64,000 bases of DNA. It comes from Candidatus Norongarragalinales archaeon (GTDB lineage: Archaea; Micrarchaeota; Micrarchaeia; Norongarragalinales; Norongarragalinaceae). The notes under the pieces are model-generated. The model did no database searches. It saw only the letters and a program-made list of their open reading frames with translations, and was not told the DNA's origin. A program made the position numbers and the translations under genes. Positions within the stretch are counted from its first letter, which is position 1. Each line of letters starts with the position of its first letter. Below are positions 24,579-34,731 of this stretch, piece by piece. The stretch covers positions 256,001-320,000 of the forward strand of contig JAWABJ010000001.1 in assembly GCA_038884755.1 (NCBI GenBank), given 5' to 3'.

Positions 24579-26558
24579 TCAAATTAAAAGCAGCGAGTTG
24601 GCGACTATCGCGCTTGCGAAGACCAGCGAAACGGTATTGACGACTTTAATCAACGCGTTGAGCGAAGGGCCGGCAGTGTCTTTGAACGGGTCTCCCACAG
24701 TGTCGCCTACGACTGCGGCTTTGTGCGCGTCGCTTCCCTTGCCGCCGTAGGCTCCTTCTTCAATATACTTTTTCGAGTTATCCCAAGCCGCTCCGCTGGT
24801 TGTCATGAAAATCGCGAGCAAAAAGCCCGATGCGATTGCCCCTGCAAGAAACCCGCCTAAAGCTTGCGCTCCGAACAAAAACCCTATGGTTAAGGGAGTA
24901 AACACAGCAATCGCGCCGGGAACCATCAACTCGCGCAAAGCGCTTGCAGTGGCTATATCCACCGCCTTCGCGTAATCTGGTTTGGCTTTTCCAGCCATCA
25001 GGCTCTTGATTTGCCTGAATTGCCTTCGCACTTCCTCGACGATTTCAAACGCAGCTTTTCCTACTGCTTTCATCAAGAACGAAGAGAACACGAAAGGCAT
25101 CAACGCGCCGATGAACAAGCCTACGACAACAGACGGGTTGAGAAGGTTTATTGCTGCAACGCCGGTTGACTCGGCGAAAGCCGCGAACAACGCTAATGCA
25201 CCGAGGGCAGCGCCTGCAATCGCAAATCCCTTCGTTGTCGCTTTCGTAGTATTTCCAACAGCATCCAACGGGTCTGTCACGCGCCTTACGCTTGGCGGCA
25301 TTCCGCTCATTTCAGCAATTCCGCCAGCGTTATCCGTGATGGGACCGTAAGCGTCTAGGGTGATGATTATGCCAGTAAGCGAAAGCATTGTCGTAGCCGC
25401 CAACGCCACGAGGTAAACTCCCATTGCAGGGTTGCCGCCGCCGAGCGAATAGGACAAGGCGATTGCCGAGACTATGACCAACGCAGGCAAGGCGGTGCTT
25501 TCTAGGCCCACGGCCAGCCCTTGGATCAAGTTCGTTCCCGCACCGGTTTTAGCCGCAATCGCGATTTCCTTGACTGGCCTGTATTCCTTTGCCGTGTAGT
25601 ATTCCGTAATCAAGCCTATGAGCATCGTTACGGCAACGCCGATGAGCGAAGCGTAGAACAACTGCGTGTTGTTTTGCGTGAAAAACCAAAACCCGATTAT
25701 TGCAAAAACAGCCGTCGCAATAACCCCTTTGTACAGCGCGTGCATGATGTTTTTGCTTTTGCCTAGGGAAACAAACCATACGCCCAACGCCGAAGCAATC
25801 GCTCCAACCGCGCCTATCAAAAGCGGGAGAGTGACGTAATCGGGGCCTAACGCGACGCCCAAAAGCATGGAAGCGATTATCGTAACAGTGTAAGATTCGA
25901 ACAAATCTGCAGCCATTCCGGCGCAGTCGCCAACGTTGTCCCCGACGTTGTCGGCGATGACCGCGGGATTGCGCGGGTCGTCTTCGGGAATGCCTTTCTC
26001 GACTTTCCCGACCAAATCCGCCCCAACGTCCGCGGCTTTAGTGTATATGCCGCCGCCAACCCTTGCGAACAGCGAAATGAGCGAAGCTCCGAATCCGAAG
26101 CCGATCAAAACCGCCAGGTCTTTGAAGAGGACGTATATTCCTGCAACGCCTATAAGCCCCAACCCTACGAGCGCCATTCCCGTGACGCTTCCGCCTTTCA
26201 CTGCGACGTTCAACGCCTTGTCAAGGCCTTGTTCGGCAGCTTGTGCCGCGCGCACGTTGGCGCGCACGCTTACCATCATTCCTATATACCCTGCTAGAGC
26301 AGATGCGATTACTCCGACGAAAAACGCTATTGCCGCGTTCCATCCTGAGAAAAAGCCTATCAACGCGAACAAAACCACGACGAAAAACACTAGCGTTTTG
26401 TATTGCCTGAAGAGGTAGGCTTGCGCGCCTTCCTGGATGGCGGAAGCGATTTCCTGCATTTTGCGGTTGCCGGCGTTCTGCTGCAAAACCCACCAAACCA
26501 AGTACGCGGCAAAAAGAAGGACTATCACTCCTGCTGCCAAAGCGATTTCCAAAACCAC
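24579..26558 (-). CDS. hppA: Membrane proton-translocating pyrophosphatase, K+-independent type
   Basis: GGIYTKAADVGADLVGKVE, EDDPRNP..IADNVGDNVGD, GNTTKA, GDTVGDPFKDT. Confidence 0.96.
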   Translation of the reverse strand: MVLEIALAAGVIVLLFAAYLVWWVLQQNAGNRKMQEIASAIQEGAQAYLFRQYKTLVFFVVVLFALIGFFSGWNAAIAFFVGVIASALAGYIGMMVSVRANVRAAQAAEQGLDKALNVAVKGGSVTGMALVGLGLIGVAGIYVLFKDLAVLIGFGFGASLISLFARVGGGIYTKAADVGADLVGKVEKGIPEDDPRNPAVIADNVGDNVGDCAGMAADLFESYTVTIIASMLLGVALGPDYVTLPLLIGAVGAIASALGVWFVSLGKSKNIMHALYKGVIATAVFAIIGFWFFTQNNTQLFYASLIGVAVTMLIGLITEYYTAKEYRPVKEIAIAAKTGAGTNLIQGLAVGLESTALPALVIVSAIALSYSLGGGNPAMGVYLVALAATTMLSLTGIIITLDAYGPITDNAGGIAEMSGMPPSVRRVTDPLDAVGNTTKATTKGFAIAGAALGALALFAAFAESTGVAAINLLNPSVVVGLFIGALMPFVFSSFLMKAVGKAAFEIVEEVRRQFRQIKSLMAGKAKPDYAKAVDIATASALRELMVPGAIAVFTPLTIGFLFGAQALGGFLAGAIASGFLLAIFMTTSGAAWDNSKKYIEEGAYGGKGSDAHKAAVVGDTVGDPFKDTAGPSLNALIKVVNTVSLVFASAIVANSLLLI

Positions 26559-26665
26559 TCTAAACCACCCCAAGAATTCCCCCGCATAGCGTGAGAAAAG
26601 AACAATATATAATTGCATTTCGTCTTTTAAACTTGATATTCGAGTTTGAATCAGGGTGAAATAAA

Positions 26666-27517
26666 GTGAATTTTGCCGACCAGCTTATAAAAACCGTTGA
26701 AAAAAAGAATTCGCGCGTTTGCGTCGGGCTCGATCCTGTTTTCGAAGTCTTGCCCTCGCAATTTCGCTCTTTCCCGGACAAAGGCAAGGCCGTTTTCGAA
26801 TTCAACAAGCGCATCATACACGAAGTGAAGGGGCATTGCGTTTGCGTCAAGCCTAACCTAGCGTTCTATCTTGCGTTGGGCGAAGGCGGGTGGACTGCGT
26901 TGAAAAAAACGGTCGATTGCGCGAAAAGCGAAGGGCTTCTCGTAGTCTTGGACGCTAAGGCGAACGACATAGGAAATACGGCGCAGGCTTACGCCGACGC
27001 TTTTTTCGACGGACTCAATGCCGACGCGGTTACGATAAACCCGTTTTTGGGGAGCGACGCTTTGTTGCCTTTCTTAAAGGATTGCGGGAGGGACAAGGGC
27101 GTTTTCGTTTTGGTCAAGACTTCCAACGATTCTTCAAGCGAATTCCAGGGTTTGAAAGTGAGCGAGAGGAAAACTTTGAGTGAAGAAATCGCACGAAAGG
27201 TTGTCGAGTGGGAGGAGTACGGTTTGGGAAGCGAAGGGTACTCGAGCATAGGCGCTGTCGTGGGCGCGACTTTTCCCGAGCAGGCGAAGAAACTGCGCAG
27301 GATAATGAAAAAACAGTTTTTTCTCGTTCCCGGCTACGGCGCGCAAGGCGCGAGCGCGAAAAGCGTCAAAAACTTTTTCGACGACGAAGGTCTGGGGGCG
27401 ATAGTGAATTCTTCCCGTGGTATAATCTACGCTTCGGGGGGAAGTGATTTCGCGGAAGCAGCGGACAAAGCCGCCGAGAAAATGAAGAACGAGATTAACG
27501 AGGCTTTGGGCGTTTAA
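26666..27517 (+). CDS. pyrF: Orotidine-5'-phosphate decarboxylase
   Basis: CVGLDP, KPN.AFY, DAK..DIGNT, GAVVGAT, LVPGYGAQG, NSSR.I. Confidence 0.95.
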   Translation: MNFADQLIKTVEKKNSRVCVGLDPVFEVLPSQFRSFPDKGKAVFEFNKRIIHEVKGHCVCVKPNLAFYLALGEGGWTALKKTVDCAKSEGLLVVLDAKANDIGNTAQAYADAFFDGLNADAVTINPFLGSDALLPFLKDCGRDKGVFVLVKTSNDSSSEFQGLKVSERKTLSEEIARKVVEWEEYGLGSEGYSSIGAVVGATFPEQAKKLRRIMKKQFFLVPGYGAQGASAKSVKNFFDDEGLGAIVNSSRGIIYASGGSDFAEAADKAAEKMKNEINEALGV

Positions 27518-27522
27518 GCAAC

Positions 27523-28518
27523 GTGGTTTTTTTGAAGGAAATAGGCGATTTGCAGCATCCAGTCAAAGCTTGGACTGCTTTAACCAGGGTTATAGCACAC
27601 TTGGGGGAAATTCCACAAGAGGATTACTTGCGTAGAAACTATCCCGTCTTGGCTGAAGCGGTTGATTACCACGGCGGTTTGCATTCTTTGGTCGAAGCAA
27701 ACAAGCAAGATCTTTCAATTCTTTTGCAAAACGCCTCCGAGCGGCACGAAACTTCCTTGTTGCATTGGAGTCGTGCGATGGACGGTAACGAGCACGCGCG
27801 GGAAAAGTTAGTTGGTCTTTACAAGCGGCAGGCGGAAAGACTGGCATCAAAGCTTTATTCTCACAAGCTCCGAGGGACTTGGAAGGATTGGGTTAGAGTG
27901 GACGTTGAAGACTTGGTTCAAGAAGGGCTAGTTTCCCTTGTGCAAGCCCTTCCCCGATACGATCCTTCAAAATCCAAGTTTCCTAAGTTTGCCCACTTGG
28001 TGATGGAGGGCGCTATGAAGCACTACTTGCGCGATAAAGCGCAAGTAATCCGCAAGCCGGCATGGGTTCAAGAGCTTAGGTCTAAAATGTCCAAGGCTTT
28101 CTTCGACTACCAGTCTAGGCACGGCATGAAGCCTACTTTTGAGCAACTGGCAAAACAAGCGAACGTTCCCGTGGAGCACGTGATAGAAGCTTTCACTCAC
28201 TACCAGCCCGTTTCCTTGCAAGCGGCTTTAGATTTTGAAGGCACGGGAAAGGAAGGACGGTTTTTTCAGGAGCCGGCGGCCCGGGACGAGTTGGAGCCGC
28301 TTGCTTTGAAAATGATTTTCTACAAGGCTTTGCGTGACCACGTGAAACTGTCGAAAATGCAGGCTGTGGCGTTAGGCATGTCTGCAGATGGGCATTCTCT
28401 CGAGGAGATTGCAACGCACTTAGGAGTTTCACCCGACTCTGCAGGGCAGTTGGTTTACCAGGCGAAAAAGAAAATAAGGGAAAACCTGCTGTTCAAGCGC
28501 GAGCTTGGTATAAACTGA
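27523..28518 (+). CDS. Bacterial-type sigma-70 family factor (SigB/F/FliA-like) with N-terminal extension
   Basis: Region 2 EDLVQEG..L..A..RYDP...KF..., HYLRD...IR.P; region 3 PT.EQLA....V; region 4 SLEEIA.HLGVS......A.KK.R. Confidence 0.85.
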   Translation: MVFLKEIGDLQHPVKAWTALTRVIAHLGEIPQEDYLRRNYPVLAEAVDYHGGLHSLVEANKQDLSILLQNASERHETSLLHWSRAMDGNEHAREKLVGLYKRQAERLASKLYSHKLRGTWKDWVRVDVEDLVQEGLVSLVQALPRYDPSKSKFPKFAHLVMEGAMKHYLRDKAQVIRKPAWVQELRSKMSKAFFDYQSRHGMKPTFEQLAKQANVPVEHVIEAFTHYQPVSLQAALDFEGTGKEGRFFQEPAARDELEPLALKMIFYKALRDHVKLSKMQAVALGMSADGHSLEEIATHLGVSPDSAGQLVYQAKKKIRENLLFKRELGIN

Positions 28519-28570
28519 AAACGCCTTTGAAGAAACGCTTGAAATATTTTCGTATAAAAAATTATTGTTT

Positions 28571-29248
28571 TTAAGCTTGTTTTGACTTTCTTTGCTTGTC
28601 TTCCTCTTCCTGCTTTCGCGAAAGCCTGCGTTTCGTAACTTTCAACGCAAAACGCAGTTCCGCCTCCAGAAGCGCGAGGTATTGAGAAATGTCTTTTATC
28701 GTTTGCTTTATGTCCGGCTGGATGTTGAACTCCAGCGCGTTGACTCGGCGGTTGGTTTTTTCGATTTCCTTCAACAAACGCTTCAAAGCCGCTTCGGTCT
28801 GCGCGAGTTTTATCGCGTATTCAAGCGAAAGCTCGAAGTCGGAAACGGCTTCGTCGAACTTGGCGCTCGAGCCCACTATGGGGTAGCCCCTTTGTTCCAA
28901 GCTCCTGTGCACGTACTCACCTTCTATCGCCGGAATCCTGACTCCCATGATGTTTTTGGTGTAAACGCTGATTTGAGGCGCGCGTTCCGACGCCAATGCC
29001 GCAGTCTGCAAAAACACGGTTCCATGAAAGGCTTCGGCGACGGCAAGACTCTTGTATGACTTTAAAACTTGGTTGTCCAACTGCGTGCGCAAGTCTTGCG
29101 CTTTCTTTATGATGGCGAAAAACTCGAGCACTAGCGCATCGCGCTTTTGCTTGAGAATCGTGTGCCCTTTCTGGGCCAGCGCGAGCTTTTGCTTTGTGTT
29201 AAGCAATTCCATTCGCGTCGGCTTGATGCCTTCCTTCATTTTTTTCAC
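28571..29248 (-). CDS. atpD: A/V-type ATP synthase subunit D
   Basis: KPTRMEL, GH..LK.KRDAL, EIEKT.RRVNALE. Confidence 0.95.
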   Translation of the reverse strand: MKKMKEGIKPTRMELLNTKQKLALAQKGHTILKQKRDALVLEFFAIIKKAQDLRTQLDNQVLKSYKSLAVAEAFHGTVFLQTAALASERAPQISVYTKNIMGVRIPAIEGEYVHRSLEQRGYPIVGSSAKFDEAVSDFELSLEYAIKLAQTEAALKRLLKEIEKTNRRVNALEFNIQPDIKQTIKDISQYLALLEAELRFALKVTKRRLSRKQEEEDKQRKSKQA

Positions 29249-29259
29249 TTTTGCAAAAA

Positions 29260-30639
29260 CTATTTCCGGTATTTCTTTCCGTACTTTTGCAGGTGCTCGG
29301 GTTTCACCCTCTTCAACTCGCCTTCCGGAATCATGGAAAGCAAATCCCAGCCTAGCTCGAGCGACTGTTCAATGGTTCGGTTTTCGTGGTATCCTTGCTG
29401 GACGAAACGCTTTTCGAAAGCGTCGGCGAAATTCAAGAATTTCTTGTCCCTTTCCGTCAGTGCTTCCTCGCCGACTACCGCGACGAGGTTGCGCAAATCG
29501 CGTCCTTCGGCGTAGCCGGCGTAAAGCTGGTTGCTCACGCCCGAGTGGTCTTCTCGCGTGTGGCCCTCGCCAATGCCCAGGCTCATCAATCGCGACAGCG
29601 AAGGCAGGACGTCAATTGGAGGGTAGGTGTTCTTGCGGTGCAAATCACGACTCAACACTATTTGCCCTTCGGTAATATAGCCAGTAAGGTCTGGAATTGG
29701 GTGGGTGATGTCTTCCTCGGGCATGGTGAGAATGGGGATTTGCGTTACCGTTCCTTTCTTTCCATGCACCGTTCCAGCGCGCTCGTAAAGAGACGCAAGG
29801 TCGGTGTACATGTAACCAGGGTATCCGCGTCGGCCGGGCACTTCCTGGCGCGCGGCGGCGATTTCTCGCAGTGCGTCGCAGTAGTTCGTCATATCCGTGA
29901 GAATAACGAGCACCTGCATTCCCTTCTCGAAAGCAAGGTATTCTGCAGTGGTTAGGGCAAGGCGCGGCGTGATGATTCTTTCGATGCTGGGGTCGTTAGC
30001 CAAATTCAAAAACAAAACGGCTTTTTCCAATGCTCCCGTTTTTTCGAAATCGCGCATGAAGAACTGTGCTTCGGCGTTGGTGATTCCCATTGCGGCGAAC
30101 ACCACTACGAACGATTCTTCCTTGCCCAACACTGTGGCTTGCCGTGCGATTTGCACTGCCAGTTCGTTGTGAGGCAATCCTGCGGTGGAGAAAATCGGGA
30201 GTTTTTGTCCCCTGACGAGGGTGTTGAGCGCGTCAATAGTTGAAATGCCTGTTTGGATGAAGTCGTGCGGCTCTTGCCTTGAGTAAGGATTTATGGCCGC
30301 CCCGGTAACGTCAATTTTTTCTTTAGAAAGTATCGGTGAACCTCGGTCGATTGGCTCTCCGCTTCCGTTGAACACGCGCCCGAGCATTTCGCCGCTCACT
30401 GCCAATCGCAGGGTGTCTCCACTGAAGCGGATGCGCGTTTCTTTCGTGTCCAAGCCCGTAGTTACCCCGAATATTTGCACTGCGGCAAGCCCTTTAGACG
30501 ATTCCAAAACTTGTCCTTTCTTGCGCTCGCCGTCGGGAAGGATTACTTCCACCGTTTCGTTGTAAGCAGCGTCGGCAACGCCTTCGACTAAAACTATCGG
30601 CCCGAAAACTTCCCTTACGGTCTGGTATTCCTTAATCAT
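29260..30639 (-). CDS. atpB: A/V-type ATP synthase subunit B
   Basis: [38 protein letters not shown]. Confidence 0.98.
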   Translation of the reverse strand: MIKEYQTVREVFGPIVLVEGVADAAYNETVEVILPDGERKKGQVLESSKGLAAVQIFGVTTGLDTKETRIRFSGDTLRLAVSGEMLGRVFNGSGEPIDRGSPILSKEKIDVTGAAINPYSRQEPHDFIQTGISTIDALNTLVRGQKLPIFSTAGLPHNELAVQIARQATVLGKEESFVVVFAAMGITNAEAQFFMRDFEKTGALEKAVLFLNLANDPSIERIITPRLALTTAEYLAFEKGMQVLVILTDMTNYCDALREIAAARQEVPGRRGYPGYMYTDLASLYERAGTVHGKKGTVTQIPILTMPEEDITHPIPDLTGYITEGQIVLSRDLHRKNTYPPIDVLPSLSRLMSLGIGEGHTREDHSGVSNQLYAGYAEGRDLRNLVAVVGEEALTERDKKFLNFADAFEKRFVQQGYHENRTIEQSLELGWDLLSMIPEGELKRVKPEHLQKYGKKYRK

Positions 30640-30651
30640 CCAAAACCACCT

Positions 30652-32385
30652 TTATTTTGCCATCAAGCTCTTGTCCATCGAGTGCGTTATTTCAGCGCAC
30701 TTTTTTTCTATCTCGTTTTCAGGAACGCGCTTCAACTGCGCGATAGCTTCCTTTTCTTTTATGCCTACGATTTTGTCGTAAGGCATTTCGCCCGCCAGTG
30801 CAACCGCCGCCTTGTCGTAATAATGCAAAATCAGTTTGAGCATCAAATACTGTTTTTTGAGGCTGTTTGACGCGTCGACGGGGTCGAACGCGAATTGCTG
30901 CAGGAAGTCTTCGCGAATCATTTTCGCTGCATCCAAAACCAAGCGTTCTTTTTCGGGAATTGCGTCTGGCCCGATCAACTGCACGATGTTCTGGAGTTCG
31001 GCTTCCTTTTGCAGGAGCTCCATCGCCCTCATGCGTACGGACGAAAAGTCTTGCGAAACTTTTTCCGCGTACCATTCTTCGAAGTACGGGAGGTATAGCG
31101 AGTAGGATTTCAGCCAGTTGATTGCCGGAAAATGACGGCGTCTTGCCAGCGAAGCGTCGAGGGCCCAGAACGATTTCGTGATGCGCAGCGTGCCTTGGGA
31201 AACTGGCTCGCTGATGTCTCCTCCCGGCGGGGAAACAGCGCCTACGACCGTGACGCTTCCCTCGCGGTTTTTCGAGCCTATGCACTCGACGCGCCCGGAA
31301 CGTTCGTAAAACTCTGCGAGTTTTCTGGAAAGATATGCAGGATATCCTTCTTCTCCCGGCATTTCTTCCAGGCGCCCTCCTATTTCCCTCAAGGCTTCAG
31401 CCCAACGCGACGTCGAGTCGGCCATGAGCGCGACATCGAAGCCCATGTCGCGGAAGTATTCCGCAATCGTGATGCCCGTGTAAATGCTGGCTTCGCGCGC
31501 TGCGACAGGCATGTTTGAAGTGTTTGCTATAAGCACGGTTCGTTCCATCAACGGCCTTCCTGTCGTAGGGTCTTCGAGTTTGGGAAACGTGGCGAGCACT
31601 TCGGTCATTTCGTTTCCACGTTCGCCGCACCCCACGTAAACCACGATTTGCGCTTTCGCAAATTTGGCGAGCGATTGCTGCGTGACGGTCTTTCCGCTTC
31701 CGAACGGGCCGGGAATGGCCGCGGCCCCGCCCATCGCGACTGGAAAGAATGTGTCGATGATGCGCATTCCCGTTACAAGCGGTTGGTCGAAGGGCTTTTT
31801 GCTCTTGAATGGTCGCGCAACGCGCACGGGCCACTTTTGCATCATGCTGATTTTCTTTCCGCCAACGATTGCGATAGTTTCTTCGACAGTGTGCTTTCCG
31901 TCCTTTATTTCCTCGATTTTCCCTTCGACGCTCGGAGGCACTAGAATCTTGTGCACGATGTTTTTTTCCCGCACTTCGCCTATGCAGTCTCCGCCTTTCA
32001 CGTGCTCTCCTTTTTTCGCCGTCGCCTTGAATTCCCATTTCGCTTTCCTGTCGATTGAAGGGATGTTTACGCCTCGGGCTATGAACACGCCCGTTTTCTC
32101 GCGGATGACGTCCAGCGGGCGTTGGGTTCCGTCGAAAATTCCCGCGAGCAAGCCCGGGCCTAATTCCAATTCAAGTTGTGAGCCTGTTCCTTCGACCTTG
32201 TCGCCTGGCTTGAGGCCTGAAGTTTCCTCGTAAACTTGTATCGAAGCGCGGTCTTCCTTCAAGGCGATTATTTCGCCGATTAGTTCTTGCTTTCCGACTT
32301 TCACGACTTCGTTGATTTGGCTTCCTCGCATTCCACTGGCGATGATAAGCGGCCCAGAAATTTTTGCAATTTCACCCATTTTCAA
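30652..32385 (-). CDS. atpA: A/V-type ATP synthase subunit A (no intein)
   Basis: [27 protein letters not shown]. Confidence 0.98.
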   Translation of the reverse strand: MKMGEIAKISGPLIIASGMRGSQINEVVKVGKQELIGEIIALKEDRASIQVYEETSGLKPGDKVEGTGSQLELELGPGLLAGIFDGTQRPLDVIREKTGVFIARGVNIPSIDRKAKWEFKATAKKGEHVKGGDCIGEVREKNIVHKILVPPSVEGKIEEIKDGKHTVEETIAIVGGKKISMMQKWPVRVARPFKSKKPFDQPLVTGMRIIDTFFPVAMGGAAAIPGPFGSGKTVTQQSLAKFAKAQIVVYVGCGERGNEMTEVLATFPKLEDPTTGRPLMERTVLIANTSNMPVAAREASIYTGITIAEYFRDMGFDVALMADSTSRWAEALREIGGRLEEMPGEEGYPAYLSRKLAEFYERSGRVECIGSKNREGSVTVVGAVSPPGGDISEPVSQGTLRITKSFWALDASLARRRHFPAINWLKSYSLYLPYFEEWYAEKVSQDFSSVRMRAMELLQKEAELQNIVQLIGPDAIPEKERLVLDAAKMIREDFLQQFAFDPVDASNSLKKQYLMLKLILHYYDKAAVALAGEMPYDKIVGIKEKEAIAQLKRVPENEIEKKCAEITHSMDKSLMAK

Positions 32386-32403
32386 AACTCACCTTTTTTT
32401 TTT

Positions 32404-32721
32404 TCATTTTTCAGCTAAGTCAACGCCAATCGCGCGTTTTACCATCGCGCTTATGCTTTCCCCGCCGGCTTGCGTCTTCCCGCTTTTTCCTGGGATTGAA
32501 ATCACTATGGGCTTGGTGCTGGCTTCCAATCGTTTTTTGGTTTTAAGCGCAAGGAAGGGAATCAGGTCTTCGTCCAAAATCACCAGCCCCACTTTCTCGT
32601 CGTCCATGAGCGCGTTGAGCTTCGAGTCGGCGTTTTGAGAATCGCATTCTGCCGTAATGCGTATTCCGGCAAGCTTATACCCCACTAGCACTTCAGGAAA
32701 GCCGACTGCCGCAATCTCCAT
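32404..32721 (-). CDS. atpF: A/V-type ATP synthase subunit F
   Basis: IA.VG......G..LAG, V.RAIGVD; operon position. Confidence 0.93.
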   Translation of the reverse strand: MEIAAVGFPEVLVGYKLAGIRITAECDSQNADSKLNALMDDEKVGLVILDEDLIPFLALKTKKRLEASTKPIVISIPGKSGKTQAGGESISAMVKRAIGVDLAEK

Positions 32722-32739
32722 TTTCTTTCACACAACCTT

Positions 32740-33747
32740 TCAAGCGTTTATCGCGAAAACGTACTGGCCTATTTCGCCCGTCAGGTCGAAGGCGTTGGCG
32801 TAGGCTATCTTGCGCAAGTTTGAAACTTCGACGCCCTTGAGGAAAACGAACCCGACGATGGTTGCGAAGTCCATGACGCTTCTTTTCGACAATGCAAGCA
32901 TTTTCGAGACCGTTTTCCTTTCCAGCGCGATTTCGAACAGTGGAAGCGACTGTTTGGCCTTCGCCGTTTCTTCCGTGCTAAGGCCGAAAGCTTCGACCAC
33001 TTCCTTCAGCGCCGCGTCGTAGTCCTGCGCTTGCAGCATTCGCGCGACGAGCGCGTTTTTGTAGGAAACTTGTTCCTCCGCGTTCTTGACACCTTCCTTT
33101 TTCAGCCTCAGCACGGCCATGGCGTTTTCCAGGGCAAGCTGCTGCCCGATTATTTTTGCGGTAAGCGGGTCTGCTTTCGCGGCGAGCGTTTGCAACTGTC
33201 TTGCCCTCTCGCCTTCAATCTCACGTATGGCCTGCTTCAAGTCCGGATTGCGTTTCGCCATTTCCCTGATTTTGTTCTTGAACCTGCGCGAGCCCCACTT
33301 GGAGGCGATCGCCTCGAGCGCTTCAGGCAGGGTTTTGGCGGTAAGGGCGGGCGCATAAATCCTTTCGTTCTTGCCGCCTAAAGCTAAAAGCTCTTCCCTC
33401 GCGGTTTCCATTCCCAGCGCTTTCTTTGAAAGTATGAGCTTGAAGTTTTGCGCGTCCCACTCGCAGGCTAGCGCAGAGAACAGCCGCCTTCCTTCGGAAG
33501 GGAGGACTTTCCCGACTTTCGCCATGGTTTTCGCCATGTTCGCGTGCAAAGCGACGTCTATCCTCTGCACGCCGGAATAGCTTTTTGAGGCTTCCACCAA
33601 ATCCTGCTTGTACGGCGTCTGCTCGAGGATTGCGGTGATTTCGTCCATGGTTTTCACTTGCATAAGCTCGCGGAAAGCGTTTTCGTCGAGTAGGTTGCTC
33701 CTCATTCCCTTGACGCGCGCGTTTGCGTAAGCGTAACTCAAGTCCAT
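32740..33747 (-). CDS. atpC: A/V-type ATP synthase subunit C
   Basis: YAYANARV.GM.S.LL, L..T.Y, E..NLR.I. Confidence 0.92.
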   Translation of the reverse strand: MDLSYAYANARVKGMRSNLLDENAFRELMQVKTMDEITAILEQTPYKQDLVEASKSYSGVQRIDVALHANMAKTMAKVGKVLPSEGRRLFSALACEWDAQNFKLILSKKALGMETAREELLALGGKNERIYAPALTAKTLPEALEAIASKWGSRRFKNKIREMAKRNPDLKQAIREIEGERARQLQTLAAKADPLTAKIIGQQLALENAMAVLRLKKEGVKNAEEQVSYKNALVARMLQAQDYDAALKEVVEAFGLSTEETAKAKQSLPLFEIALERKTVSKMLALSKRSVMDFATIVGFVFLKGVEVSNLRKIAYANAFDLTGEIGQYVFAINA

Positions 33748-33754
33748 GCGTTTT

Positions 33755-34393
33755 TCACTTTCCTCTTTTCTTTTTCTCCCGCCCGCCGGATTTTGCCTCT
33801 CGCTTCGGGGCGGAAGGAGCGTGCTTCGCACGAGTTGCGAAAAGCCCTTCGAACGCCTTTTGCTTGATTTTCTCTTGATGTTCTTCAAGCAAGGCTTCAA
33901 ACGTGTTGTTTATTTGAATGCTTCCGTCGGCCTTGGCCGCAATCAAACCTCCAGCAGTGCTTATGGTTTCTGAAACGCGCCCGTGCTTCGAGCCGAGTTT
34001 CTTGTCGCGCGCGTTGGTTTTCAGCACGAATTCTTTTTCCCCTAGCGCGCGTATGGCCTGCTTTGCGAGCGAGTCGAAAATTTTTTCGTAAGCCTTGGTT
34101 TTGGAAAAGCTTTCCAACTCCCTTTTGACTTCGCCGAGCACGCTTTCGACTACCTCTTCTTTCGCTTCGCTTTCGACGCGTTTTGCCTGCAGCAATGCTG
34201 ATGCTTTTAGTTCCGCCGCAAGTTCTTTCGCCTGCGTTTCACCCAGTTTTTGTTTTTCGGCGACGATCGCCTTGGCTTTTTCCTTGGCTTCGCCGATAAT
34301 CTTGTCTCGCTCGCGCTCGGCTTCGTCCAAAATCGCCTTGGCTTGCCTTTCGGCTTGCAAAAGCACCTCGTGTTTCAGTTTTTCCAAGCTCAT
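33755..34393 (-). CDS. atpE: A/V-type ATP synthase subunit E
   Basis: Coiled-coil N-terminus, GG......DG....NNTFE. Confidence 0.9.
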   Translation of the reverse strand: MSLEKLKHEVLLQAERQAKAILDEAERERDKIIGEAKEKAKAIVAEKQKLGETQAKELAAELKASALLQAKRVESEAKEEVVESVLGEVKRELESFSKTKAYEKIFDSLAKQAIRALGEKEFVLKTNARDKKLGSKHGRVSETISTAGGLIAAKADGSIQINNTFEALLEEHQEKIKQKAFEGLFATRAKHAPSAPKREAKSGGREKKKRGK

Positions 34394-34444
34394 GCCGTTC
34401 ACTTTCCCCCCCGTTCCTTCGTATGCCCGGGGGTGAGCCGTGAT

Positions 34445-34675
34445 TCAGCCGCCCATCTTTCCGAGCAGAAAGAACGCTATGACGAAACCAAGGATTACGA
34501 TGGTTTCGGGCAAGGCGAGCATGATTAGCACCTGTCCTTCCTTGCCTTCTTTTTCGGCCATCAAGCCGAGTCCGGCGGCTCCGATGCTCGACTGCGCCAA
34601 TCCCGTGCCCAACGCTGCCAGGCCTACTGCCAATCCGGCTCCGACGGCAATCAAGCCGGGTCCAAAGTCTACCAT
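34445..34675 (-). CDS. atpK: A/V-type ATP synthase proteolipid subunit K/c (single hairpin)
   Basis: GAGLA.GLAALG.G..Q, LPET..I.G. Confidence 0.95.
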   Translation of the reverse strand: MVDFGPGLIAVGAGLAVGLAALGTGLAQSSIGAAGLGLMAEKEGKEGQVLIMLALPETIVILGFVIAFFLLGKMGG

Positions 34676-34731
34676 TTCGTTTTACACCTCTTTTTTTCGT
34701 TAGCTTAAAATACGCGTGACGCGAGAAAACC

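Noticed and set aside
27523..28518. Bacterial contamination as the source of the sigma and RSH genes
   Set aside because: Both are tightly embedded among archaeal genes; read-level confirmation is still needed
30652..32385. Intein in ATPase subunit A
   Set aside because: Normal length (577 aa) and GSGKT-VTQ is uninterrupted
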